64,000 bases of DNA from Bacteroidales bacterium (GTDB lineage Bacteria; Bacteroidota; Bacteroidia; Bacteroidales; WCHB1-69), in assembly GCA_017554325.1 (NCBI GenBank), contig JAFZIP010000007.1, forward strand, positions 8,976 to 72,975, in the 5' to 3' direction. Positions 1-10,092 of this stretch are shown here, one piece after another; position 1 is the stretch's first letter; every line of letters begins with the position of its first letter. The notes below the pieces were generated by a model, which saw only the letters and a program-made list of their open reading frames with translations, was not told the DNA's origin and made no database searches. A program made the position numbers and the translations under genes.

Positions 1-788
1 GCTAATTTGTTGTAACTGTCGAAATCCATTTCATAGCCGATACCCAATTTCAAGTTGGCGGGCAGGAACTCACGACGGTTGGTACCGCTGGAGTAACGCA
101 TCTTGCTACCCAAGTTGGAGATGTTCAAACCGGCGCGCAGGGTGCTGTTTTCCAAACCCTTTGCACGGAAATCCTGTTGGTAGAACAAGGAGATGTCGGC
201 GGCACCTGCCATGCCCGGCTTGGTCTCCTGACCATCCACAAATTGACCTAATGTCAAGTTGGAATATATAAAACGGGGTGTCATGGCGATGGACAACTCG
301 TCAATCAGCTTACGGCTATAGGTGAAGTCAATGGAAAACTCGTTAGGGTTGTAATCTACGCCCGTGATACCGTCTTCGGTGAAGATGATAGAACCCAAGT
401 TGAAATAGCGGAGTGAGAAACCGATAGCGTCCATATCAGTAGGACGGTAATATCCTGCCAGATAGGCTAAATTAATTCCGTCATCCAAATGAAGGTTGTG
501 CAACCACGGACTATAAGACACACTGATGCCGAAGATGTTGTCGTTGAAAACATACTTGGCCGGGTTATAAGCCTGGGAGTTGACGTCAGCTGAGGTGGCG
601 GCACCCATGTCGCCCAATGCTCCCGCACGGGAGTCCGGGGCTATCTGAAGAAACGGCACTGCCGTGGTGATGGTGTTTAGCCTGTTTCCATATTTATCAT
701 AGAGATTTTGTCCGGTAGCCGACTGGGCATTGACAGATGATGCAAGAATCATGATAAACACGGGAAGAAGGATAAGTGCTTTTTTCAT
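1..788 (-). CDS. porV: T9SS outer-membrane shuttle protein PorV (3' part runs off the window start)
   Basis: Translated by hand from ATG at 788: MKKALILLPVFIMILASSVNAQ...NTITTAVPFLQIAPDSRAGALGDMGAATSADVNSQAYNPAKY, the PorV N-terminal signature; lies directly downstream of porU. Confidence 0.9.
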   Translation of the reverse strand, partial: MKKALILLPVFIMILASSVNAQSATGQNLYDKYGNRLNTITTAVPFLQIAPDSRAGALGDMGAATSADVNSQAYNPAKYVFNDNIFGISVSYSPWLHNLHLDDGINLAYLAGYYRPTDMDAIGFSLRYFNLGSIIFTEDGITGVDYNPNEFSIDFTYSRKLIDELSIAMTPRFIYSNLTLGQFVDGQETKPGMAGAADISLFYQQDFRAKGLENSTLRAGLNISNLGSKMRYSSGTNRREFLPANLKLGIGYEMDFDSYNKL

Positions 789-874
789 AAGTTTTTAAAG
801 GTTATGTTTTACGATCTGTATAAAATCAATTTTTAATAATCGAAAATTGGAAACGATGAATTTGGAATATTATT

Positions 875-3800
875 TTACAAGATCACTAATTTTTCGATTT
901 TTTCTGCAATTTCATTGTTTTGATTGCGGACACGTACCTTATACATATAAACTCCCTTTCCGATTTTGTCGCCATAGTCGTCCAGCCCGTCCCAAGGAAT
1001 GCCCTGGCTGCGGTTGCCCTCCATGTATTGGGATGTGCTGATGGTTTTGACCAGCTTTCCGGAAATGGTGTAGATCTGGACCAGGATGTCGAACATGCCG
1101 CCGTTCTGGTTCTGCTCGAAGAAGAACTCCGTGTGCGTAGTGAACGGGTTGGGGTAGTTGAGCACGTGGCTCAGCTCCAGCTTCTGGTCTGAGAGTACTT
1201 CAAACGCTAGCTCACTCTCGGAGGGATTGTTGTTGATGTCCCACGCGCGCACCTTGATTTTGTGCATGCCCACCGGCAGATCGGAAAGGCTGTAGCGAAC
1301 TGTGCCCATGTTGAAACTGTCTTTCTCCGTTTCGTAATAGTCGTTGAGGTTGATCTGGCCTTCGGTGGCATCGTCCAGGATGGCGACAAGGTCATGGCCG
1401 ATGCCGTTGCCCGTGGTGTTGATGCCGTAGTTGTCCTTGATTTTCGCAATCAGCGTGGGATTGGGGTTCACGATACCGCCATCGACAAAATTCTCGTCGT
1501 TCATGTACAACTCAATAGTAGGGCCCTCTTTGTCCTGCACGCCGTTGGTGTCGGTGCCGCCGATGATGAAGTCGGAAAATGCGCCGGTGGCGTCAGAACC
1601 CGTGCTGCGGGCATAATAGCTGATCTTGCCGTTGCCAAAGCTGTAGTCGATATCCTTGGGTACATAGAAAGTGAAAGTGTAATGACCGTTCCTGACGGAA
1701 CAGTTACCCTTGAACAGCACGCTTTTCTGTATCTCGAATTCGTAGGGCTCGCAGTTGGGATCGTTGGCCAATGTGGAGGTTTTTACCTTTTTGTCATATA
1801 CGGATGGAAATACCGAACCGTTGAAGTTGCTCAGTGTCTGCATGTTCTGGTCAACCACCCGGCCGCTTATGGTTACCTTGGACAGGGCCCGGATGGTGTC
1901 GCTGTGCTCTGCCACCGCATGATGGTTGATGGAGTCCGTGACCAATGAGTAGGTGGGGAATGCGAATGGCATGGAGGGATCGCCTAACATCACGAACATG
2001 GCCAGGTCGCTTCTGGAACCGCCAGCGTCATTCTTGGCCAACATGTTTATCTCTCCGACCGTAGGATATTGGTTGGATTCGTTGTTGAACAGGATGGAGA
2101 AGATCTTCTTTCCGAAATTGTAATTCGGTATCGACCATGCTTCGCGGGAGGCGGACAATACTGCACACGCTCCTCCTTGGTTGTTTTGGAGGGCCAGCTC
2201 CGCCGGCGAAAGAGCGGGCCGGTCATAGTAGGAGAAGGTGCACGACAAGGAAAGCAAGAGGGGCATGTTGTATTTGTTGCTCCAACGGCTGATGTCGGAG
2301 TTCTCCAATACGCGCTCCGCCGCCCATCCGTCTTTTCCACTGTGCCCGACGTAGGTCATCATCAGACATCCCCGGTTCATCCGGTTGTTGATGGCTGTGG
2401 TTGCGTCGGGATATCGCTGCCCACCAGCATTGGAAACCTGCTGGAATGCATCCAGGTATATCTTGTCAAAGTTGATGTTGGCGTCGTTGTTGGAGATGAT
2501 ATCATAGAAGCTCTCACAGCTTTGGACAAATTCGTCTTGCTCGTCGTCGGCCACAAAAGCCATCATGTTGCGCCAGTCCCCGAAATTGGAAATCTGAGAT
2601 GCCCCTTCCGCTAACAGATTCTTGCGCTCGGTATAGATGATGCTCTTGTCCACAGCGGTGGTGGCTTGTGCGACGGTGGAACAGGGGAATCTCCCGATGG
2701 CGATGTCAAACAATTTACCTATCGAGTCTGCTCCCTCGTTGTCGTCCAGCAGACCTAAATTGTCGTCGTTGGAATAGCTAAGCTCCGTAATGTAGTCCGT
2801 TGCATAACATTGGTAATTCGGAACGAAAATCTGAGTTCCCTCGTTTCTTCCCCGGAAATCGTAAGAAGGACGCCCCACCAGAAGCAGGTACTTGGGGTAG
2901 GCCTTGTCGGTGCGGTCGTAGATCATCTTCACAAAGTCGCGGATGGCCATGGGGTCCAGTGAGCCGCTGGAGAACTCGTTATATACTTGCTCGGTGGTGA
3001 CCACCTTGACGGAAAGGCCGTTGTTTTTGGTTCTGAAATCGGCGAGTCTCTGAGCCTGGGCCAGAAAGTCGGGATGGCTGACAATCACCAGATCCACTTG
3101 GTTGGTGGCGTGCAGGTTCTGGTTGGAGACAGCGCCGGATGGGGTTATGGAGAGGTAGGAAGAACCGTCAAATGCGTAGAATTGTCGGATTTTTTCGGTA
3201 CTTACTTTGAAAGAGGCCGTTCCGTTGTTTTCGGTCAGCGCGTAGCGTACGGTCTGCCCAGGGTCCGTGACATCCCACACGTAGGTGCTCCCGCTCGCGC
3301 CTACAATGTTGAACTGCGTGACGCGCCCAGCCCCGGCAGTGGCAGGATTGCAGAATCCGAACTGCGCCGAATGCATCTTCAATGTGCAGGGCACCTCAAT
3401 CTCAATCCAGTTCAGATAGGCGGAAGATGTGGTCATCGGCTTGTTGAAGGTCAGCGATACGGTCAAGTTGTCGCGGTCGGGCGTGAAACTGAAATCACCC
3501 TTGTTCAGCGTGGCCATGCTGGCACCGCCGATGGGCGTGATGAAAACCTGTCCCACCTGTGCCCCGTTGACTTCAATGCCCATCTGTGCGTAGCTGTTGG
3601 TAACACCGGCTGTGGCCACGGAAATTCGCGAGACCGACTGCTTCTGACCTGGCACTTGGAAGGAGTATGCCCGCTGGGTGGTGACATCAAACAGGTCGCC
3701 GAACCAGTCTTTGCCGGAACTGCTGAGATTATAGATATCTACATCGTAAAAGTCGAAGTGCGTGTAGTCGCTGGCGGTCTGGTTGGCCTGCAAAGAGGTG

Positions 3801-4702
3801 TTGTTCACCGTCTGGACCCGTTTTTTCTCTCCAACGCCCGGGGTGCAGGTGATGAAATAATAGGAGGAGTCGGAGTAGATGTTGTTGCGGTGAGTGAAAC
3901 GCCCGGCGGCGGAATCATAATATACTGTATGGGGTGATTCGCCGAAAAAGATAAAGTAGTCGCCGGCGTCAAACGAGTTGTCGCCGCCGTCCACCATCAT
4001 GACGGGCAATTCCCTGAGATCGTCGGTGCGGGGCACGGAGTTGCTCTCGGGCAGCATCTTTCCGCCGTTGCCGAACAGCGCAATCTGGCTGGATACAATG
4101 GGCGTGCTCATGCCCAGCGCCTTCAGGTCGTTGTAGGTGACCTTGTAGATGCCAGTCTGGGTCAAGGAAAACTTGTACCATTGCCCGGAAGCCAAGACCG
4201 ATTGGTTTGTGTATGATTTTGAACTCTTGGTTGTCAACGGGTTACGTCCTTCAATGCTGACAGTGAGCGCGACCACACGACTGCACTGGCTCGCGCTGGT
4301 GCGGACGACGGGCACAAAGGTGAGCAGCGCGTACGGCTTGCTGCGTTCGTAAGCGGAGGAAACCTCGACGTGCAGCTCAGAAGGCGTGTTCTCGGGCACC
4401 AGCAACAGGTCATGCGCACTCATCGGTTCATACTGCACACCGGTGACCGTGACTGTATATTCGGAGAAAAAATTATCAACAGGAATTTTTTCATAAAAAG
4501 TGGGCAGCTTGCCGTTTTCTTCCCGATAAATAGCCCCATCAAAATGCAAAAATTCAAGGGTGATGTCTTCTGAAATAGGGTAGGTCCGATTGTCAGTCCA
4601 TGACAAGTTGATATTTTTTTGAATTTTTTGAGCCTGTATATCAATGACTTGAAAAAATAATACGCAAAAAATGCAAAGGAGTACCCAAGATTTATTTTTC
4701 AT
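875..4702 (-). CDS. porU: Type IX secretion system sortase PorU (peptidase C25 family)
   Basis: SVLASGQWYKF...GIYKVTY motif, C25 domain with YVGHSG (His) and SLSC (Cys), C-terminal CTD (NYPNPF...KIEKLVIL); start set at ATG 4702 (MKNKSW, signal peptide). Confidence 0.93.
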   Translation of the reverse strand: MKNKSWVLLCIFCVLFFQVIDIQAQKIQKNINLSWTDNRTYPISEDITLEFLHFDGAIYREENGKLPTFYEKIPVDNFFSEYTVTVTGVQYEPMSAHDLLLVPENTPSELHVEVSSAYERSKPYALLTFVPVVRTSASQCSRVVALTVSIEGRNPLTTKSSKSYTNQSVLASGQWYKFSLTQTGIYKVTYNDLKALGMSTPIVSSQIALFGNGGKMLPESNSVPRTDDLRELPVMMVDGGDNSFDAGDYFIFFGESPHTVYYDSAAGRFTHRNNIYSDSSYYFITCTPGVGEKKRVQTVNNTSLQANQTASDYTHFDFYDVDIYNLSSSGKDWFGDLFDVTTQRAYSFQVPGQKQSVSRISVATAGVTNSYAQMGIEVNGAQVGQVFITPIGGASMATLNKGDFSFTPDRDNLTVSLTFNKPMTTSSAYLNWIEIEVPCTLKMHSAQFGFCNPATAGAGRVTQFNIVGASGSTYVWDVTDPGQTVRYALTENNGTASFKVSTEKIRQFYAFDGSSYLSITPSGAVSNQNLHATNQVDLVIVSHPDFLAQAQRLADFRTKNNGLSVKVVTTEQVYNEFSSGSLDPMAIRDFVKMIYDRTDKAYPKYLLLVGRPSYDFRGRNEGTQIFVPNYQCYATDYITELSYSNDDNLGLLDDNEGADSIGKLFDIAIGRFPCSTVAQATTAVDKSIIYTERKNLLAEGASQISNFGDWRNMMAFVADDEQDEFVQSCESFYDIISNNDANINFDKIYLDAFQQVSNAGGQRYPDATTAINNRMNRGCLMMTYVGHSGKDGWAAERVLENSDISRWSNKYNMPLLLSLSCTFSYYDRPALSPAELALQNNQGGACAVLSASREAWSIPNYNFGKKIFSILFNNESNQYPTVGEINMLAKNDAGGSRSDLAMFVMLGDPSMPFAFPTYSLVTDSINHHAVAEHSDTIRALSKVTISGRVVDQNMQTLSNFNGSVFPSVYDKKVKTSTLANDPNCEPYEFEIQKSVLFKGNCSVRNGHYTFTFYVPKDIDYSFGNGKISYYARSTGSDATGAFSDFIIGGTDTNGVQDKEGPTIELYMNDENFVDGGIVNPNPTLIAKIKDNYGINTTGNGIGHDLVAILDDATEGQINLNDYYETEKDSFNMGTVRYSLSDLPVGMHKIKVRAWDINNNPSESELAFEVLSDQKLELSHVLNYPNPFTTHTEFFFEQNQNGGMFDILVQIYTISGKLVKTISTSQYMEGNRSQGIPWDGLDDYGDKIGKGVYMYKVRVRNQNNEIAEKIEKLVIL

Positions 4703-4813
4703 TTGACGTTTTTTTAGAAAATGCAAATATCATACAATTTTGCTAACGAAAATTCGTTTGGAATATTGCAGTTACAAAAATTGGAAGAAAAAAGAGATAA
4801 TAAAATAATTTTG

Positions 4814-4821
4814 TATCTTTG
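4814..4821 (+). promoter_or_regulatory. Bacteroidota sigma-A -7 element (TATCTTTG) for porP-gldJ
   Basis: Exact TAnnTTTG match 20 nt upstream of ATG 4842. Confidence 0.65.
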
Positions 4822-4841
4822 CCCGCTTAAAAATAAAGACT

Positions 4842-5912
4842 ATGCATAAACGTATTTTTATATTGCTGACAGCGGTGATGGCCTTTGCCTGCATGAGAGT
4901 GGACGCACAGGATGCGTTGTTCTCCCAGTTCTACGCAAATCCGTTATATTTGAATCCGGCGATGGCGGGAACGAATGTCTGCCCCCGTATTTCCCTGAAC
5001 TGGCGAGACCAGTGGCCGAACCTGGCGGGTAACTATATGACGACCACCGCGTCTTTCGATGAGCATTTTGACAAAATTTACGGCGGTGTGGGTATCATCC
5101 TCATGCACGACCGTGCCGGTGCTGGAAGCGGTTACCTCAACACCTCCACCATCAGCCCCATGTACTCACTGAAAATCAAAATCGCCAAGAAATTCAATAT
5201 CCGCATGGCTGTGCAGGTGGATTTTCAAGACAAGTATCTGAACTGGACAGACCTGACGTTCCCCGACATGATTGACCCGAGATACGGTTTTGTCTATCAA
5301 ACCAACGAGATTCAACCGGGCAACCTCCACCGCTGGAGAGCTGGCTTCTCTGCCGGTTTCTTGGGCTACACCCCGCATCTCTATTTCGGCTTCGCCGCCC
5401 ACCATTTTGTGTCTTTTGCTTTGGACGGACAAGCTGATAGTTTCCTTGAAAACAGTTACGCTGAAACCTACGATGTGCTTCCTGTCAAGTGGACCGCTCA
5501 CATTGGTGCCCATTTCGACCTCAAACGCAAGAGCAAAATCGAGACTAACTTCGGCGACATCTCCATGAGCCCTAACTTCGTCTATCAACATCAGAGATAT
5601 TTCAACTATTTCAACTTCGGTCTCTACATGAACTTCTATCCTTTCACCATCGGTGCTTGGTATAGACTGTCTCCTGCCTATACTATCAAGGACGAAGCGA
5701 ACAACGTCATGGGCAAGATCAACAATTCCGACGCTTTCATCCTGATGGCAGGCTTGGAATACAAGTGGATCAAGTTTGGCTACTCTTATGACATCACCCT
5801 CGGACCGCTGAAGAGCGAAACCGGCGGTGCACACGAGCTTTCCCTCCAATTCCTGCTCCCGTGTCCTGAGAAACACAAATCTATCAAGGACCTCAAGTGT
5901 CCGTCCTTCTAA
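4842..5912 (+). CDS. PorP/SprF family T9SS membrane protein
   Basis: AQDALFSQFYANPLYLNPAMAG N-terminus, RDQW motif, FGYSYD...GGAHELSL and C-terminal CPSF, all typical of PorP/SprF. Confidence 0.9.
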   Translation: MHKRIFILLTAVMAFACMRVDAQDALFSQFYANPLYLNPAMAGTNVCPRISLNWRDQWPNLAGNYMTTTASFDEHFDKIYGGVGIILMHDRAGAGSGYLNTSTISPMYSLKIKIAKKFNIRMAVQVDFQDKYLNWTDLTFPDMIDPRYGFVYQTNEIQPGNLHRWRAGFSAGFLGYTPHLYFGFAAHHFVSFALDGQADSFLENSYAETYDVLPVKWTAHIGAHFDLKRKSKIETNFGDISMSPNFVYQHQRYFNYFNFGLYMNFYPFTIGAWYRLSPAYTIKDEANNVMGKINNSDAFILMAGLEYKWIKFGYSYDITLGPLKSETGGAHELSLQFLLPCPEKHKSIKDLKCPSF

Positions 5913-5958
5913 ATCACGAAAATAATATTTTAATACCGATTATAAATAACATCCAAAA

Positions 5959-7446
5959 ATGAATAAAGCAACAAAACTTACAGGTCTGTTTTTGACAATG
6001 GCTCTTATGGTCATGGTATCCTCTTGTAAAAAGGAGGCTTCCCCTACCACAGGCTGGAATTACAACGATGCTAAGAACGGCGGCTTTGAAGTGGCTCCGT
6101 TTGAAGAGCAGGAAACCGGCCCCGGCCTCGTGTTCATCGAAGGTGGTACTTTCGTCATGGGTGCCATGGAAGAGGATGTGATGAAAGACTGGAACAATTC
6201 TCCGCGCCGCGTCTCCGTGGCTTCTTTCTACATGGACGAATGCGAGATTTCCAATCTCGACTACCGCGAATACCTCTACTGGCTGGAGCGCGTGTTCATC
6301 CCTCAGGATTTGAAAGTGGTCTATGATAACGCCATGCCTGATGAGAATGTGTGGCGTGAACGTCTGGGCTACAATGAGCCTGATGTGGACTACTACTTCC
6401 GTCACCCGGCTTACAACAAGTACCCTGTGGTGGGCGTCAGCTGGCTGCAAGCCACTAATTATGCCGCATGGCGTACCGACCGTGTCAATGAGAAGATCCT
6501 TGCCGACCGTGGCTATGTGGAGTATTCCGAGACCCCGACCGCCGAAGGTTATTTCAACACCGACGCTTACCTGACCTACGAGACTTACGAGGCTGAAGGC
6601 GAGAAACGTCTCCGCTATATCTCCTCTGGCGAATACCGCAACGTGAAAATGGAAGACGGTATCCTCCTGCCCAAGTACAGACTCCCGACCGAAGCTGAAT
6701 GGGAGTATGCCGCTCTTGGCTTAGTGGGCAACACCCTCAACGAGCGCGTGCTCGAACGTAAAGTCTATCCTTGGAACGGCCAGCAACTCCGTACCGAAGA
6801 GAAGAGATACTATGGTGACCTGATGACCAACGTGCGTCGTGGCCGCGGCGACCTTATGGGTGTCGCTACTGCCCTCAACGATGCCGGCTTCAAGACCAAA
6901 GAAGTTAAGTCCGACTGGCCGAACGACTACGGCTTGTACCAAATGGCTGGTAACGTGGCAGAATGGGTGATGGATGTCTATAGACAAGGCTCTCACGACG
7001 ATGTGTCTGAGTTCAACCCGTTCCGTGGTAACTATTTCGAGACCAAGAAACTGCTCGAAGACGGTACTGTGGCCGAGCGTGACAGCGTGGGTAAAATCCC
7101 CATGGTTCCCGTGTCCGACTTCAAGAACGACAGACGTCGCAACTACCGTGCTGCTGACAACAAGAACTACTTGGATGGCGACTGGCAGTCTCTGTACGAT
7201 ATGGATAGCTGGAAAACCGCTACCACCAACACCGAGGCAACCGACCAGATGTACCGCAAGTTGGATGACAACTACGCATTCTCCCTGGTTAGCGACCATG
7301 CCCGCGTCTATAAGGGCGGTTCCTGGAGAGACATCCCGTATTGGTCAGCCCCTGGTTCCAGACGTTACCTGGACGAAGACGAGGCAACCGACTATATCGG
7401 ATTCCGCTGTGCAATGGCTCGCGTGGGCACTCAGACCAAAAGATAA
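5959..7446 (+). CDS. gldJ: Gliding motility lipoprotein GldJ (FGE-sulfatase/SUMF1 fold)
   Basis: Lipobox VSSC; SPTTGWNYND..GGF..QETGPGLVFIEGGTFVMG..DVMKDWNN; RLPTEAEWEYAA; GFRCAM; divergent from porU-porV as in Flavobacterium. Confidence 0.82.
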   Translation: MNKATKLTGLFLTMALMVMVSSCKKEASPTTGWNYNDAKNGGFEVAPFEEQETGPGLVFIEGGTFVMGAMEEDVMKDWNNSPRRVSVASFYMDECEISNLDYREYLYWLERVFIPQDLKVVYDNAMPDENVWRERLGYNEPDVDYYFRHPAYNKYPVVGVSWLQATNYAAWRTDRVNEKILADRGYVEYSETPTAEGYFNTDAYLTYETYEAEGEKRLRYISSGEYRNVKMEDGILLPKYRLPTEAEWEYAALGLVGNTLNERVLERKVYPWNGQQLRTEEKRYYGDLMTNVRRGRGDLMGVATALNDAGFKTKEVKSDWPNDYGLYQMAGNVAEWVMDVYRQGSHDDVSEFNPFRGNYFETKKLLEDGTVAERDSVGKIPMVPVSDFKNDRRRNYRAADNKNYLDGDWQSLYDMDSWKTATTNTEATDQMYRKLDDNYAFSLVSDHARVYKGGSWRDIPYWSAPGSRRYLDEDEATDYIGFRCAMARVGTQTKR

Positions 7447-7462
7447 GTTTGGTGCTTGATAC

Positions 7463-7495
7463 AAAAAAAGGCAACTCATCGAGTTGCCTTTTTTT
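7463..7495. terminator. Bidirectional intrinsic terminator
   Basis: A7-GGCAACTC-ATC-GAGTTGCC-T7 between convergent gldJ and the META gene. Confidence 0.85.
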
Positions 7496-7514
7496 ATGCT
7501 TTGTCTGTCAGGAT

Positions 7515-7979
7515 TTATTCGGCGTTTTGCTCAGTTGGCTTCAGCCGGATGCCCGAATCTTCAAACCGCATGATTTCCTGTTTGCCGGAATACAATATTA
7601 ATATATTGTCAGAAATCTCGTAGCGGTTCAATTCTTTCTTGATAGCCTTCATCATGGCGCGTTCCACGCGCATCTGCTGGCAGAGTTTCTTGGTGGCACC
7701 CTTGTAGGTGAGCTCCAATTTCTGCTTTTTCTGAAAATAGTCACCGAAGAAGGTGTTGCACCCGAAGTTGCCGGTGAAGGAACCGTCGTCGTTGAAGACG
7801 ATGTAGGGCTTTTCAACGTATGCAGTACTGTCCAATGTCTCACCCTCGATGGATATCAGGTTCCACTGCACGAGGCGCAAGGGCGTGTTGTTGCTCTCCG
7901 CCATTTTCTTCGAGGAGTGACATTGGGTGAATACAAGTGTCAAAGAGGCCACTAGCATAATGGTAAATCTACGTTTCAT
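7515..7979 (-). CDS. META domain (HslJ-like) protein
   Basis: WNLISIEG...FTGNFGCNTFFGDY...ATKKLC motif; N-terminal signal/lipoprotein-like peptide. Confidence 0.85.
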   Translation of the reverse strand: MKRRFTIMLVASLTLVFTQCHSSKKMAESNNTPLRLVQWNLISIEGETLDSTAYVEKPYIVFNDDGSFTGNFGCNTFFGDYFQKKQKLELTYKGATKKLCQQMRVERAMMKAIKKELNRYEISDNILILYSGKQEIMRFEDSGIRLKPTEQNAE

Positions 7980-8598
7980 TGGGAATGTTTTTATCGGATG
8001 AATGATATTGTTCGTTGATTTGTTCGATGAAAGTCAGAATCTCGTCGCGGCCCTTGCCTGTTTCTGCCGAAGATAGCATCATGTAGGGCATCTCTTCCCA
8101 CGACTCGGCGAGCTTGTTCTTGAAGCGTTGCACGTTGCCTTGCACTTTGTTGGCCGATAGTTTGTCGGTTTTGGTGAAGATGATGGCGAAAGGCACCCCG
8201 TCTTCACCGAGACTATTGATGAAGTCCAGGTCGATTTTCTGGGGCTCCAGTCGGGAATCTACCAGTACGAACACGACTTGCAGGTTTTCGCGGAGCAGCA
8301 GGTAATCGCGGATCATCTTCGTCCATTTTTCGCGCATGGTTTTGGAAATGCTGGCATAGCCATATCCGGGCAGATCCACCAGATACCAGTTCTGGTTGAT
8401 GAGAAAATGATTGATGGTCTGTGTCTTGCCGGGCTTGGAGGAAGTCTTGGCCAGCTTGCTGTTGCGTACCAGCATGTTGATGAGCGAGGACTTGCCCACG
8501 TTGGAGCGGCCGATGAACGCATATTCGGGGAGATGAGCTGCCGGACATTTCTTCCAGTCCGTCACGCTCTGCATGAATTGGGCACTTTTGATTGTCAT
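7969..8598 (-). CDS. yihA: Ribosome biogenesis GTPase YihA/EngB
   Basis: PEYAFIGRSNVGKSSLIN, KTSSKPGKT, DLPGYGYA, TKTDK. Confidence 0.95.
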   Translation of the reverse strand: MTIKSAQFMQSVTDWKKCPAAHLPEYAFIGRSNVGKSSLINMLVRNSKLAKTSSKPGKTQTINHFLINQNWYLVDLPGYGYASISKTMREKWTKMIRDYLLLRENLQVVFVLVDSRLEPQKIDLDFINSLGEDGVPFAIIFTKTDKLSANKVQGNVQRFKNKLAESWEEMPYMMLSSAETGKGRDEILTFIEQINEQYHSSDKNIPNET

Positions 8599-8602
8599 GT
8601 CG

Positions 8603-9904
8603 TTATTTGCGGGCCAACCATTCGTTGGGGTTAAGGTTGCTGTTGTTCTTCCAGACTTCGAAATGCAATTCGTAGGTATTGGAAGAGGTGTTTTTCGCGA
8701 TAGTGCCGATGTTCTGTTTGGTCGTCACCTTGGAGCCTTTCTTCACGCTCACGGAGGAGAGGTTCTGATAGACGGTGATGTATTCGCCGTGGCGGATCAT
8801 CACCACCTTGGTGCCCATGATGTCCATGATGGCGGTCACTTCGCCCTCAAACACGGCACGTGCTGCTGCGCCGGCATCCACCATGATGTCAATGCCGTGG
8901 TTGTCAACCATCACTGACGGCACGTCAGGGTGGGGGTAGTGCCCGAAGTCGCTCACTTTGGCACCCTTCACCACAGGCCAAGGTAGGCGGCCCTTGTTGT
9001 TGATGAACGAATTGTTGAGGGTCTGTTCTTCAGGGGTGAGCGCCACGGTGGCGGTGCTGCGCGGGTTGGTAGTCGTATTGCTTTTACTGGCAGTGGAGGT
9101 TCCGCTACTTGCCGACTTTCCTTTGTTGGCATTGGCGCGCTTGGCGTTGGCTGCGGCCACTTCGGCGGCGATGGCATTCTTGATGGCCGCGTCTATGTCG
9201 CGACGCTTCTGCTGCTTGGCCTTCAGCTCCGCGCTCAGCTGCGCCGACTGCTTCTTCAGCTGCTCGGCATTCTTTGTCTTGTTGCGCCGGTCAATCTCCA
9301 ATTGCTTGATTTCGGTCTCTTTGCCCGACAGTAGTTTCAACTTGGCCTCTTTCAGGGCGACAATCTCCTCGTTCTTGGTTTTGAGTTCCTGTTGGGTCTT
9401 GGAAATCTTCTCCGACTGGCTGCGCACATTCTGCGAGAAGACAGAATAATACCGCATCCTGCGGAACATCTGCGAGAAGTCGTCGGCAGCCAGGATAAAA
9501 GTCACCTTGTCCATCAGCCGGCGGTGGCGGTATGCCATATAAACCACTTGGGCATAGTCGGCCTTCATGTAGTCCAGCTTCTTCTGCAAATTCTGGATGA
9601 GCTCTTGGTTCAGGGCCTGTTGCTGCTCCATCTGCATGATCTCGTCATTCAGGGCGGTGATCAGTTTCTCACGATTGTTGATCTGCTGTCGCAGGACTGC
9701 GATCTGTTGCAGGGAAGCCTTCTGGTTCTTTTCTGTCTTCTTGAGCAGATTCTGGGTGTTGGCAATCTCTTGCTCCAACTTCTGTTTGTCCTTCTTCAGC
9801 TGGCTGCTGCTCTTGCTTTGGGCAGAGGCACTACCGATCAGCAACCCCAAGAAGAGGATGACGGTGAGCAGTCGGGATGCAAGAAAAGGAATACGTTGCT
9901 GCAT
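8603..9904 (-). CDS. Murein hydrolase activator EnvC family (coiled coil plus degenerate M23 domain)
   Basis: Signal peptide, long coiled coil, NKGRLPWPV, NHGIDI, LHFEVW; start set at MQQRIP. Confidence 0.85.
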   Translation of the reverse strand: MQQRIPFLASRLLTVILFLGLLIGSASAQSKSSSQLKKDKQKLEQEIANTQNLLKKTEKNQKASLQQIAVLRQQINNREKLITALNDEIMQMEQQQALNQELIQNLQKKLDYMKADYAQVVYMAYRHRRLMDKVTFILAADDFSQMFRRMRYYSVFSQNVRSQSEKISKTQQELKTKNEEIVALKEAKLKLLSGKETEIKQLEIDRRNKTKNAEQLKKQSAQLSAELKAKQQKRRDIDAAIKNAIAAEVAAANAKRANANKGKSASSGTSTASKSNTTTNPRSTATVALTPEEQTLNNSFINNKGRLPWPVVKGAKVSDFGHYPHPDVPSVMVDNHGIDIMVDAGAAARAVFEGEVTAIMDIMGTKVVMIRHGEYITVYQNLSSVSVKKGSKVTTKQNIGTIAKNTSSNTYELHFEVWKNNSNLNPNEWLARK

Positions 9905-10032
9905 GAAGATAGTTTTAAGCATGCAAAAATACAACGGGACGCCCTATGTTTTTAGTACGTCCCGAGATATTTATAAACTGCAAAAAGTTAATCACCAGTT
10001 TCGATTATCGATTATCGATGAACGCTTATTAA

Positions 10033-10090
10033 TAATCTCCTAATCTTCTAATCTCTAATCTCTCAACTCTAAACTCTAAACTCTCAACTA
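10033..10090. repeat. Degenerate 8-/7-mer tandem repeat (TAATCTCC / TAAACTC)
   Basis: taatctcc taatcttc taatctc taatctc tcaactc taaactc taaactc tcaacta; a nearby tcgatta x3 at 10001-10021. Confidence 0.85.
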
Positions 10091-10092
10091 TC

